Below are positions 39,927 to 49,487 of a stretch of 64,000 bases of DNA, in pieces. Location of the stretch: contig VFHP01000013.1 in assembly GCA_009391535.1 (NCBI GenBank), positions 16 through 64,015 of the forward strand, read 5' to 3'. The notes beneath the pieces are model-generated. The model ran no database searches. It was not told the origin of the DNA and saw only the letters and a list, made by a program, of their open reading frames with translations. A program made the translations under genes and the position numbers. Source of the stretch: SAR202 cluster bacterium (GTDB lineage: Bacteria; Chloroflexota; Dehalococcoidia; Lucifugimonadales; UBA2985). Position 1 is the first letter of the stretch. The number at the start of each line of letters is the position of its first letter.

Positions 39927-40799
39927 TTAAACAGTAGCGTAACGCTCTACCTTTTCAAGTACTTCCTTGACCCTCTTAAGCTTTGAGGTAATCTCATGCG
40001 CCCATTCTTTGGTACGCTTCTCACGCTTGATAGAGTCAATTTCATTCTCTGTCATGTAGACGGAAGAGCTGAAAATGTTATCAAACATGGAGACCACTTC
40101 ATACTTGCAGCATCTCAGTTTTTGGAACCTTGAGTCGCTTGGAACGCTGACGACATCCATTGGGTTCACCTTGCAAATAACAAGGTTGTTACCACCATCG
40201 TCGTCTGACTTGTTGTTAATATCAATACCGCCATAGCTGGCAGCATAGTCAATAGCGCCAACGTGCAGTCCAGCAGCACAATGCGAATTGCGATTGCTAT
40301 TTACGCTGGATCTGGGAACTTCAACAGTTTGCCCAACAGAGTTGTCTAGACTGCCTGAGTACAGGTCTGTGAAGTCCTCACCTACAGCCTTGTAAGCCAA
40401 GAAATGGCCGTCAGAGGTTATTGGGAGATGCTTGTTTTGCATAAAATCAAACAACTCAACAACTGCTTGGTCTGAAGGGTTTTGGCTGAGGTTGTCTAGG
40501 AAATTGAGCATAGGCTCAAAGGGAAATCCTTGACTTATCATATCTAGGATTCTGTCAGTAAACAGGTCTGGCATAGCGATGCCGTCCCAAGTCATTTCGC
40601 CTCCATCAGCGCTGACGTAGCCTTCGCAAAAACTGTTTACACGACTAATAATGTCGTATGAAGCCTCAAAGTACTCAACGTTACCTGTCTTCAGGTTGTT
40701 CAAAAGTTTATCATAGCTTGGGTGGTCACTGTTGAATGTGTAGGTCTGACCCGCTACAACCGCAGTTACTGTCCCGTCATTTGCAATTACGTACTTCAT
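39927..40799 (-). CDS. rIIB: RIIB-like protein
   Basis: FLDNL.QNPS, LPIT.DG.FLAYK, C..GLH, KVNP.DVVSVP.D; follows rIIA. Confidence 0.85.
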   Translation of the reverse strand: MKYVIANDGTVTAVVAGQTYTFNSDHPSYDKLLNNLKTGNVEYFEASYDIISRVNSFCEGYVSADGGEMTWDGIAMPDLFTDRILDMISQGFPFEPMLNFLDNLSQNPSDQAVVELFDFMQNKHLPITSDGHFLAYKAVGEDFTDLYSGSLDNSVGQTVEVPRSSVNSNRNSHCAAGLHVGAIDYAASYGGIDINNKSDDDGGNNLVICKVNPMDVVSVPSDSRFQKLRCCKYEVVSMFDNIFSSSVYMTENEIDSIKREKRTKEWAHEITSKLKRVKEVLEKVERYATV

Positions 40800-40857
40800 A
40801 GTTTTTTCCTTAAAAGTAAAATCGTTTCACCGATAACCTATTATAGTGTAGATCTTG

Positions 40858-42972
40858 TTATTTGTCAACAGAATTTTGAATCAAATCAATATAATTGGCG
40901 AAATCTTGAGCCTGATCATCATCCAGCCCATACCATCCAATGTCAGAATGTGAGATCATAGGGTAGGACTCCAAGGCTTTGTCATACCTATCTGAGAAGC
41001 TGTTATTCTCCTCGTATTTAGGAACCTCGGTGGTCGCCCAGTGCTCCAGCTTAAACAGTTGTTCACAAGTGTATTCGTTCTCTGTGATGTCGGCACAGTG
41101 CTCTTTCCACTCAGCATGAATCTTCTTGAGATCATTATCAGTAGTGGTAAGTTCAACCGCTTTAGCAATCCGTTGACCTGATCGTTCCTTTGAGATTTCA
41201 GGTTTGTTACGGTGCTTGTTGAGTATTTCATAATTCTCTTCAATAAGCTCATTTATGTATCGCACAATTAGCTTGCTGCCGTTACGCCAACCGTCTCTTT
41301 CGCTAAGCTTCTTATTCTTAGCTACAGAAGGCTTGACCAAGAAGATCTTGTAGTCATTAATGCTATCGGCGTGCTGAGCAATTGTCCTAAGCTTACTTTG
41401 CAAAGCAGATATATGAATGGAGCGATAGTAGTCCTCAAATTTCAAGTACACTTCACCCCTAGACTCCTCAATATAATAGGCGTCTTCTTCTTTTACACTG
41501 ATCTTACACTCTACAAAATGACCTGCCTCATGGTCATAAACCTGACCCTGAACACTAGCTCCACCACCGCTGTAAGAATAGTTACGAACAGGTTTAGGTA
41601 GGGTAGACGTAAGGATGCAGTCTTCAACCTCAGCTCCACCAAGAAGCTCAAGAAAAGCGTTGGCGGCATTTGGATTATCCTCAAGGTCTCCAGCGTGGAA
41701 CATATAGCCAGAGAACTCTCTCTGCTCTTTAATATATTCCCTAATACGGCTGAGTCCACCTCTTGGGAGATCGTCAATAATGATTGTAGTATCGTGACGA
41801 AGGTTAATCTTGGTGGCGTGATCTGTCTCAATCTTTTGTCGCCACTGACTTTTGTAATAATGTTTTACGGAAATCAATTCACCAACTTCAATTTGTTCCA
41901 AACCGCTATCCCACAACGCCTCGCCGTTATATGAGATCGAGTTATCCAGAGAATCCATTACGGACTTCAGGGATTGACATTGATTACAAAGATTGAGGTA
42001 CTGACGACGAGCCTTGTACAAAGTAGGTTGTTGCTGAACCTGTCGTTCCATATCAACGGCAAGCTCAAGACTCATCTCCGTTATAATATTCTTAATAGCC
42101 TGTTTTGTCACCGCATTATATGACAGAGCTTCCCTACTAGGAGTGATATCAACATCACCAATGTCTACATATATACGGAGACCACGAGACCGATCAAGGA
42201 AATTGTACGCCTCGGAGTCTTCATCAGCAATTGGCCAGCTCCAGACATCATCAGCGTCGAGTGGGTAGGCAATCTGCCCCATGATCACAAAATTTCTACT
42301 TTCGCGCTTTACGAACTCGAAGTTAGAGCCGGAGAGAATTACTTCTTTGGTAGCCGTTGAGATCTCCTTGCCAATCATCTTGGGGGCGACATTAAAGAAG
42401 GCATATAGTTCAGAAGCCTCTCTCTCAAAATCGTAAATATCTTCCTCTTTTACCGGCATTGAAACTTTGAGACCGTCAGGCTCATCGGTTACGGTTTCAT
42501 CAAGGAGAGAAAAGACTGGCGAGCCATCTTCATTCATGAACGCTGAGTATACACGGGCAACCCCATTGAGATATGCTTCTACGGTGAACTGGTCGCAGTA
42601 TGCAAAAGGAGCTTTACTTCCCAGACCTAGGCAACCCACCGCATCATTACTATCATTGCGGGTGCTACGGAAGTATGTCGTGTAAAGAGACATGCACTCA
42701 GAGTGAGTCATGCTTGTGCCATAGTCCCTGACATAGAAAACAGGGTCGAGACGGGTAGGAAGATGCACGTCAAACGGACAATCAATCATACCTGCGTCTA
42801 CATGGGAGTCGTAAGCGTTTGTAGACAGCTCACGAATAACAGCTTTGACCTTGTTGGAGTAAAGGCCGTCAGAGAGAATGAAGAAAGCCTTAGCAGATGC
42901 TTCAATGCTAAAACTGGAATCTTCCAGAACGCCAGACTTTTCAATATTTTTTACTTGGGTGTGAAGTTTCAT
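40858..42972 (-). CDS. rIIA: RIIA-like protein (GHKL ATPase N-terminus)
   Basis: LYSNK..AVIRELSTNAYDSH, DYGT.M, G.LGLGSKAPF.Y, ITPSREALSY. Confidence 0.88.
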   Translation of the reverse strand: MKLHTQVKNIEKSGVLEDSSFSIEASAKAFFILSDGLYSNKVKAVIRELSTNAYDSHVDAGMIDCPFDVHLPTRLDPVFYVRDYGTSMTHSECMSLYTTYFRSTRNDSNDAVGCLGLGSKAPFAYCDQFTVEAYLNGVARVYSAFMNEDGSPVFSLLDETVTDEPDGLKVSMPVKEEDIYDFEREASELYAFFNVAPKMIGKEISTATKEVILSGSNFEFVKRESRNFVIMGQIAYPLDADDVWSWPIADEDSEAYNFLDRSRGLRIYVDIGDVDITPSREALSYNAVTKQAIKNIITEMSLELAVDMERQVQQQPTLYKARRQYLNLCNQCQSLKSVMDSLDNSISYNGEALWDSGLEQIEVGELISVKHYYKSQWRQKIETDHATKINLRHDTTIIIDDLPRGGLSRIREYIKEQREFSGYMFHAGDLEDNPNAANAFLELLGGAEVEDCILTSTLPKPVRNYSYSGGGASVQGQVYDHEAGHFVECKISVKEEDAYYIEESRGEVYLKFEDYYRSIHISALQSKLRTIAQHADSINDYKIFLVKPSVAKNKKLSERDGWRNGSKLIVRYINELIEENYEILNKHRNKPEISKERSGQRIAKAVELTTTDNDLKKIHAEWKEHCADITENEYTCEQLFKLEHWATTEVPKYEENNSFSDRYDKALESYPMISHSDIGWYGLDDDQAQDFANYIDLIQNSVDK

Positions 42973-43015
42973 TTTGCTATCCTTTTTACTTTGCTAGTTT
43001 GCTAACGATGCGTTT

Positions 43016-43055
43016 ATTATACAGTACTTATCGGTTTTGTCAACCCCAAACTTTA
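43016..43055 (-). promoter_or_regulatory. nested sigma70/sigma28-like promoter for rIIA
   Basis: TAAAGTTTGGGG-TTGACA-AAACCGATAAGTACTG-TATAAT. Confidence 0.75.
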
Positions 43056-43079
43056 AAAAATTTTCAGAAATAATCCATA

Positions 43080-43355
43080 TTAATACGTGGCCAGTAGAAA
43101 ACAGTTAACAAGGACAACCGCAGACATCACCACACAGAGAGTGACCATGAAATTAGGCGTAACCTTTTTCCAGAAAACAATAATGCCCAGTAATCCTATA
43201 AGCTTTGGTGTCCACATTCCACCGGGAATATAGTCCATTGCAATTTGCATGATTGGGTTGCCTTCAGCGATGAATGGGAACCTTATCACATATTCTGTAA
43301 CAAATAGATCGGCAATTACAAGCATTGTGAAACATGTATACATGCCCGTTTTCAT
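43080..43355 (-). CDS. DUF5658-like membrane protein
   Basis: ADLFVT...EGNP motif, 3 TM. Confidence 0.55.
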   Translation of the reverse strand: MKTGMYTCFTMLVIADLFVTEYVIRFPFIAEGNPIMQIAMDYIPGGMWTPKLIGLLGIIVFWKKVTPNFMVTLCVVMSAVVLVNCFLLATY

Positions 43356-43375
43356 TTATCAACCCTAGACTTAAA

Positions 43376-43603
43376 TTATTCTGAAAAAAAATCAATAGTG
43401 CTATCAAGATAGTGGATAGTGTCCTTGATGAGGCCTATTAGATTTGAAAGCTCTACTGGGGTTACTTCTACACCACTCTCTGCCATAACATTTCTAATGG
43501 CTACAGGATCTTGACTTATCTCGGATATGAGTTTATCTCTGTTTTCTAAAACAAAGCTAAGCCATTCACGCTTATTCATCTGTCTCATTGATCTTCTTTC
43601 CAT
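43376..43603 (-). CDS. hypothetical protein
   Basis: ORF. Confidence 0.5.
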   Translation of the reverse strand: MERRSMRQMNKREWLSFVLENRDKLISEISQDPVAIRNVMAESGVEVTPVELSNLIGLIKDTIHYLDSTIDFFSE

Positions 43604-43956
43604 TTTTATCTACGGTAATCCACCCGCACCCTTCACACAGGCAGAAATACTTTTCATTGTTTCTAACGATCCCTGCAAAATCATTTTCCATCGCTTCCTC
43701 TTCGCTGCCTGAAAAAAGCTCCAAGCAACAGTCATAACAAAAGTTAGCCATTGGTCAGGCTCCATAGGTAAAATATATTCATGGCTTTATTGTACTATAT
43801 GTATCGTCAATGTCAAGAAGGTTCTTTAAGTTTTTTTGAGCAAAATCAAATAAAAACAAAGGGAGAACCACAAGTATAGATCCTTCAAAAGGCATTTGAA
43901 TGGTAAAAAGTATGGACATTAACGCAATGAACGGCTTGTCTGTAATTTTCACTAGG

Positions 43957-44376
43957 CTAATATTTCCATATTTTTCCAGAACCAACATTTACCACAATGA
44001 ACTTGTAGTTGAAGCCTCTTTCTCTGAGTTGGTTCACAACACCAAGAGCAGTGTTGTAATACTCATCATCTCCGTTCTTAAATAATAAGATAAGTCCGGG
44101 ATCTGAATTGGTGGCTATAGCGTAGCCAAGAGATTGACCTATGCCCTCTTCCCATTTTTGGCACCAGTCTACTTCGTATGATATATTATTGCTTTTGTCG
44201 TATATATCTATACGTCTTCCGTCTGGCAAGATGTACTCAACGCCTTCCTCCTCAACGTTGAGAACACCCGCCACAAACTCAGCCCATTGAGCCTCGTTGC
44301 TCCCTGAGTCTGGAGCATCTGTCTGGTTTAAATTTAGGAAAACCAAACAAAGTATACCAGCCAAATAATTTTTCAT
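43957..44376 (-). CDS. signal-peptide protein with PD-(D/E)XK-like motif
   Basis: EY.LPDG.RID...EVD...KW.E.IGQ.L.YA. Confidence 0.6.
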   Translation of the reverse strand: MKNYLAGILCLVFLNLNQTDAPDSGSNEAQWAEFVAGVLNVEEEGVEYILPDGRRIDIYDKSNNISYEVDWCQKWEEGIGQSLGYAIATNSDPGLILLFKNGDDEYYNTALGVVNQLRERGFNYKFIVVNVGSGKIWKY

Positions 44377-44555
44377 TATTCGGTAACTCGGATACTGTCA
44401 CCTACAATCCAAGACGCAGCTAACAGTACTACATTCTGAACAGTGGTCGGGTCGATAGTACCTTCGCCAAGAACGGTATCAGCACAGATGACGATAACGC
44501 CAGCTACACCAACCCAAAAACGACGAGAGGCAAATAAAGCTTTAATCTTTCCCAT
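44376..44555 (-). CDS. holin-like small membrane protein (59 aa)
   Basis: Manual translation MGKIKALFASRRFWVGVAGVIVI...ASWIVGDSIRVTE; two TM, SRRFW motif. Confidence 0.55.
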   Translation of the reverse strand: MGKIKALFASRRFWVGVAGVIVICADTVLGEGTIDPTTVQNVVLLAASWIVGDSIRVTE

Positions 44556-44583
44556 ATTCTATCCTTAAACCTCCTAAAAACAA

Positions 44584-45807
44584 TTAAACAGGAGAGCCTT
44601 TCCAGCCCTCCAACAACAATCTCAAAGCGTTGCCGCCTAAGAATTTACTAATAGCTTCATCTCTATGTCCTGTTGCCTGAAGATATTTTGTTATCCTAGG
44701 CATCTGTGAAGCGTCTACAATTTCATCTGGCGGGTCTGTGAATCCGTCAAAGTCTGTACCTATACTGACGACATCTTCACCCGCCACATTTGTCATGTGG
44801 CTCATCGTTTCTTCTATATATTTTAAGCCAAGGTCTGTGGTGTGAGGAGTGAGCCAGTAGTTCATGAAAATAATACCAACAACTCCACCATTATCAGCTA
44901 GCCACTTTAGTTCCCAATCGTGTAGGTTGTAGGTATTTCTGTTAACGCCAAATGCTCCTGAGTGTGTAGCTAATATACACTGTTTTTTCTTGTGGTGGGA
45001 AGCTATGTCATATATTCTTTTCCTTGCACTTAACGTGCAGTGTGATATATCTATCAACATTCCTAGATCTAACATTTTTTCAACAACAGCTTCACCTCTG
45101 GATGTAAGACCTAGCGTCTCATCCCATTTTGATAATAGCCCTTTCCAGTCGCCGTGATTAAAAGCGTACTCAGGCCATGGAAAAACTGGGTTAACACATG
45201 CATTGGGGTAGAAGTGTGCTAAGGTTAAATATGCAACACCTCTGTTGTTTAATATGTCTAAGTTTTCCAGCATCTGCGCTCTACCGTGTAGACCTCTTTT
45301 AATATCGTCGGGATAGTCAGATGCAGATTTTGTTTCTAGTGAGTGCGCGCCTTCAACCGAATGGATGAGGCAGAACAAGTCGTCCTTTAATGCTTTCTTG
45401 AGATCTCTGGGATTTCGGCATATCTTAATTTTCTTCGGTTCTTGACTAGCGTTCCAAGAAAGAACCTGCTCTTCAACATCGTCTAACACTGTCATTATAG
45501 CGTTGAAGTAGGGTGACTTGTAGATTTTCTTTTTAACTCTCGGGGCTAGGTTTATTAACCATCTAGCAAGCCTCATGTCGCTATACCAGCCACCTTCAGG
45601 TACGTATGCCGTAGATAATATAATATCTGTACCACCTTCAATCAATAAAGGGAAGGAAGCTCTGTTGCTGAGCGGCCAGAATTTACGCTTAAATAGTTCC
45701 GCTAAAAACTTTTTACGTCTAGAGCCTAGGTCTCTATGAAATATAGAAGCTTTTATACATGGGTGTGTATGCAAGTCCACGACCACCGAATCTTCGTGTA
45801 ATCCCAT
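44584..45807 (-). CDS. membrane dipeptidase (peptidase M19, amidohydrolase fold)
   Basis: DLHTH, SVEGAH, LTLAH, IDISH, THS, IGTDFDG, GGNALR. Confidence 0.85.
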   Translation of the reverse strand: MGLHEDSVVVDLHTHPCIKASIFHRDLGSRRKKFLAELFKRKFWPLSNRASFPLLIEGGTDIILSTAYVPEGGWYSDMRLARWLINLAPRVKKKIYKSPYFNAIMTVLDDVEEQVLSWNASQEPKKIKICRNPRDLKKALKDDLFCLIHSVEGAHSLETKSASDYPDDIKRGLHGRAQMLENLDILNNRGVAYLTLAHFYPNACVNPVFPWPEYAFNHGDWKGLLSKWDETLGLTSRGEAVVEKMLDLGMLIDISHCTLSARKRIYDIASHHKKKQCILATHSGAFGVNRNTYNLHDWELKWLADNGGVVGIIFMNYWLTPHTTDLGLKYIEETMSHMTNVAGEDVVSIGTDFDGFTDPPDEIVDASQMPRITKYLQATGHRDEAISKFLGGNALRLLLEGWKGSPV

Positions 45808-45808
45808 T

Positions 45809-46159
45809 TTAGAACAGCCCTTTAATCTTTTCTAATAAACCATCTGTTGTTCCACCACCGACACCCTTAAAGATAACCAGATATGCTATTATAGCACCGG
45901 CAATGATAAAAAACAACCATTTTCTCTTAGACGCCACAGCATAAATTTTTTCCTTAACTGCATTTATCCGTTCTATTCGCCAGTTTCGTCGTGATTCTTT
46001 TCTTTTCTCTCTCCACTCTCTACGTCTTTCCTTCTTTTCCTGATTAGTCATGTTCAAGTAATCAGGTTCAGGTTCGTCTATCTCTGGAGGAGTCTTTAGA
46101 AAGATGTTGTAGACTACAATTAAAGCTGCTAATACTACAGCCGCTAACACATAAAACAT
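45809..46159 (-). CDS. two-TM membrane protein with basic loop
   Basis: Hydropathy pattern. Confidence 0.55.
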   Translation of the reverse strand: MFYVLAAVVLAALIVVYNIFLKTPPEIDEPEPDYLNMTNQEKKERRREWREKRKESRRNWRIERINAVKEKIYAVASKRKWLFFIIAGAIIAYLVIFKGVGGGTTDGLLEKIKGLF

Positions 46160-46169
46160 TAAGCTCTCA

Positions 46170-46577
46170 TTAAACCTCTACCTTTAAAGTTGTATCTAGT
46201 TTACCTTTGAGGTAGACTCTCATCTGATCCCCTTTGATTGATATAAACCAACTGCCTTCTCCCTCTGCCCCTATTTTGGTTTTTGCAAAGAGGTCTGTTG
46301 GGTTGTCTCGGTATCCGCTAAAAACGGTGACTCTTCCCATTTGCCAGCCGTTTACTACCCAGTCTTCCTGCGCCCAGCCCGCTGGACTATTGTAAGATCT
46401 ATATATCTTAACCTTTTCTTTTTCTATGTTAGTAGGTCTTCCGTAGTGTGCATACAAGCACTCTAGTATAGACCTGTCTGAAGGGAAGCTGTTTCCCTGT
46501 TTTTTAACGGTCTTCTTGACGTTTTTGTTCTTGATGGGTTGGTGCATGGTAGCAACTCCGCTGCTAGTGCTCATCAT
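46170..46577 (-). CDS. hypothetical protein
   Basis: Coupled ORF. Confidence 0.55.
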   Translation of the reverse strand: MMSTSSGVATMHQPIKNKNVKKTVKKQGNSFPSDRSILECLYAHYGRPTNIEKEKVKIYRSYNSPAGWAQEDWVVNGWQMGRVTVFSGYRDNPTDLFAKTKIGAEGEGSWFISIKGDQMRVYLKGKLDTTLKVEV

Positions 46578-46867
46578 TACTTCCTTCTTGTGATATTAAA
46601 TTCAAGTGTTTCTGGGTAGTCCTCTTTAAGTTCCCAACTAGTGTTAAAGCTTTTCGCCTTATCGTCTAGTGAGAATATATACTCTGGGCTGTCCCATTCA
46701 TTCCAAATGTAAACTTTTTCTCTGTTTACCTCAACATCATCTATTGAGGTTTTAAGTGCTCTTGATATTGCCCTCACTAACGGACTTTTTGAGGGGTCTG
46801 ATTCTGCTCGTTTTGTATCGTGTTTTGTTACCTTAATGAGAATCTTGTCAGGCACTTGTTTCTCCAT
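46577..46867 (-). CDS. hypothetical protein
   Basis: ORF; promoter-like element at 46866-46893. Confidence 0.5.
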   Translation of the reverse strand: MEKQVPDKILIKVTKHDTKRAESDPSKSPLVRAISRALKTSIDDVEVNREKVYIWNEWDSPEYIFSLDDKAKSFNTSWELKEDYPETLEFNITRRK

Positions 46868-46919
46868 TATAGTATAAAAAACCTAGTTGTCAATAGAAGC
46901 CTGTGCGGGACTTGATAAA

Positions 46920-47378
46920 TTAGTTAACTTTTATTACTTTAGGTTGCTTCTCTTCGGGGATATTCTCCTCAAGAGTTACTGTAAGCAGACCATCATTAAA
47001 TTCTGCGGACTTAACCTCCACATGCTCCCCAAGCTTAAAGTCTCGCTTGAACTTACGTGTGGCTATGCCCTTATGTACATGTACATGATCTTCACTATGT
47101 TCAGAGTGACCGGAAGCTGCAATAGAAAGAATACCTTCCTCGACTACTACATTCAGGTCGTCCTTGCTATATCCAGCCAAGGCAACCTCAACAAGAGTGG
47201 TCTTGTCCTTCTGAATTATATTATATGGGGGAAAGTTACTATTAACCTGACTTGTGTAAACTAGCTGGTTGAATAGTCTGTCTAAACCAATGGTACTACG
47301 AAAGAACTCATTAAATAGTTTATCGTGCAGAGTTGGCGTCTCTTTCCCTTTGTGGGAAAAATTTTTAATTACGTTCAT
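46920..47378 (-). CDS. small heat-shock protein Hsp20 (IbpA-like)
   Basis: FPPYNI, ALAG, HKGIATRKF, A...DGLL. Confidence 0.92.
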   Translation of the reverse strand: MNVIKNFSHKGKETPTLHDKLFNEFFRSTIGLDRLFNQLVYTSQVNSNFPPYNIIQKDKTTLVEVALAGYSKDDLNVVVEEGILSIAASGHSEHSEDHVHVHKGIATRKFKRDFKLGEHVEVKSAEFNDGLLTVTLEENIPEEKQPKVIKVN

Positions 47379-47450
47379 ATCTTTTCTCCTTGTTAAAGCA
47401 AGATTAAAGTGCTACCCTCTTAGGCGTAGCTGTTTGCCCGCACAGGCAAG

Positions 47451-47788
47451 TGGAGGCGGCGGGAATCGAACCCGCGTCCAGTATAATATCCACACTAGTA
47501 TCTACATTGTTAGTCTATTGTAGTCGCACAAAAGACAAAGCTATCAGGAATTACCTGAATCAGACAAATTATTGCCATCACCCTCCTTTACTTCAAGTGA
47601 GAAAACTCTATCCGATTATCGGAGTCAGCGTAATTGGGTAAGAAGGTTTACGCAACCCCCTGCCGCTAAGCGGCTAGTGCGAAATTCTTTTCGGCACTTA
47701 GAACTTTAATCGGTTTTTATACTGGCCTACCGATCAACCAGTCAATGCAACTAATACTTTTATTACCTGTCGATGCCTTTTCACCCCC
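47451..47788 (-). ncRNA. ssrA: tmRNA, tag peptide (A)AEKNFALAA*
   Basis: 5' GGGGGTG...TCGAC; 3' GGACGCGGGTTCGATTCCCGCCGCCTCCA with G3.U pair; tag ORF at 47666-47695. Confidence 0.93.
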
Positions 47789-47806
47789 TTGTTAAAATAT
47801 AATCAG

Positions 47807-48247
47807 TTAGCTTACGAAACTGTCCCAATAAGCCTTTTGTTCTTCTGTGTAATTTCCGTACTTATCCTTACCTTCTAGAGCCTTGACCTCTTTCCAAACT
47901 TGATTCCATCCCTCATGTGTGTCAGCTTCGACTCTAGCCGCCTTATCGTCTATATACAAGACGCCTGCGGGTTTACCCATATATGCATGGTGGTACTTGA
48001 CACCGTGTTTATTAAGCCACTCGACCCACTCGGCGTATCCAGCTTCATACATTTGGTTGATGTTGCCCTGCTTTCTCTCGCCATATCTAGCAGTGAACAA
48101 TATGATCTCATATCCCATATCGTAAAGCTTGTTGACTTGATCAATACCGTGTTGTAGCGGTGGAGCTTTAGCGTACTCGCCACCGTTATCCTTTCCAGCA
48201 ATTACGCCGTCACAATCTACGATTATCTTTTTTAGTGGGTCTCCCAT
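47807..48247 (-). CDS. HAD-family phosphatase (capsule-biosynthesis phosphatase-like)
   Basis: DCDG, FTAR, GKP...YIDDKA. Confidence 0.8.
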   Translation of the reverse strand: MGDPLKKIIVDCDGVIAGKDNGGEYAKAPPLQHGIDQVNKLYDMGYEIILFTARYGERKQGNINQMYEAGYAEWVEWLNKHGVKYHHAYMGKPAGVLYIDDKAARVEADTHEGWNQVWKEVKALEGKDKYGNYTEEQKAYWDSFVS

Positions 48248-48248
48248 C

Positions 48249-48419
48249 TCACGTTTCCTCTCTAATTTCTATTTTATCTAATCGGTCAAGAAGTTTACCG
48301 ATAATATCAAAAACTTCTGTGTGGTTCTCACTTTTTAATTTTGACATCTCCGCTTCAGTGAGTTGTATATTATATTTAAGTGGTGATGTGTTTGACTGTT
48401 TAAATTCATATATTCTCAT
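48249..48419 (-). CDS. hypothetical protein (56 aa)
   Basis: Manual translation MRIYEFKQ...; fills the gap after the tRNA. Confidence 0.4.
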   Translation of the reverse strand: MRIYEFKQSNTSPLKYNIQLTEAEMSKLKSENHTEVFDIIGKLLDRLDKIEIREET

Positions 48420-48422
48420 AAG

Positions 48423-48496
48423 TAACCCTGACAGGATTTGAACCTGTAACCTACGGTTTAGAAGACCGTTGCTCTATCCGATTGAGCTACAGGGTC
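48423..48496 (-). tRNA. tRNA-Arg(UCU)
   Basis: Cloverleaf; anticodon arm ACGGT-CT TCT AA-ACCGT; GGTTCAAATCC; CCA not encoded. Confidence 0.92.
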
Positions 48497-48511
48497 TCTA
48501 ATCGTAGTGTG

Positions 48512-48769
48512 TTAAAATGGAGGTTCTTCCTCGTCTTCAGACCTTCCAAACCGTTCCTCAATTACTTCGAGCCTATCTTCTGCATCAACAAGGGCATCTA
48601 AGGCCTCGTCTAGGTTAGACCAGAAATCTCCCGTGGAATGATCTCCAATACCAACACCATTGTTCATTAGGAGGTTCAATGAAAGCTCCGCTTTGTTTCT
48701 ATCGGAAACCGCTTTGTGAAACAAGTAGTCTACAGCTTTAGTAAAATTGCTAGTGGATCTATTACGCAT
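48512..48769 (-). CDS. conserved hypothetical phage protein
   Basis: VGIGDHS motif; AGGA SD. Confidence 0.6.
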   Translation of the reverse strand: MRNRSTSNFTKAVDYLFHKAVSDRNKAELSLNLLMNNGVGIGDHSTGDFWSNLDEALDALVDAEDRLEVIEERFGRSEDEEEPPF

Positions 48770-49079
48770 TTTATTTCCTGCTTAAATTCCTGTGTTCATA
48801 CTCAGATGCAACTAAACAAATCATAGCACATTGCCACAGTAGCATGTAGTCTATGTCAAGATCGGTAAAAAACTTTAGTGCATGTGGAATAACTATAATA
48901 AATGTATACCAAATGTACTTTGAGAGTCTTTTGATCAAGTTACGTCTCCTATTATACCTTCTTTATCGTCAATGTCAACCAAAATCTTTAGGCAATTGTG
49001 GCAAATATTGTCTGAGATTCCCATCTCATAGAGATCCTCTACCGGAATTCTACAGAATGTTCCGCAGTGATCACAGGCT

Positions 49080-49487
49080 TCAATTAGATCCATTGACCCT
49101 TTTCCTTAACTCGCTAGTAGAGTAACCATACCTCTTGTTATAAAACATCTCGTAATGCTTAAGCTTGGCTTGTCTCCATCCAGTGAACCGTTTGTCTCTC
49201 CAGTCCTCACCTATGAATCTTATGTCAGGATTAATGTAGTTAATGAGTTGTAGTAACTGATCCTCGGTCTCGTAGATAGCTATCTCATCCACACAATCAA
49301 TAGCGTCTAGTTGAATATATCTTTCAAAGACGTTTTGAACAGGCTTGTTTTTGTTTTCCCTGTCAATAGTGGGGTCTGTCTGTAATCCAACTACGAGGTA
49401 GTCGCAATTATTGCTACACTCCTTTAGCATTAGTATGTGGCCTGCGTGGAGCAGGTCAAACGAAGAACATGTGAATCCAATTTTCAT
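49080..49487 (-). CDS. glycerol-3-phosphate cytidylyltransferase-like
   Basis: SSFDLLHAGH, GLQTDP, YSTS.LR. Confidence 0.85.
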   Translation of the reverse strand: MKIGFTCSSFDLLHAGHILMLKECSNNCDYLVVGLQTDPTIDRENKNKPVQNVFERYIQLDAIDCVDEIAIYETEDQLLQLINYINPDIRFIGEDWRDKRFTGWRQAKLKHYEMFYNKRYGYSTSELRKRVNGSN

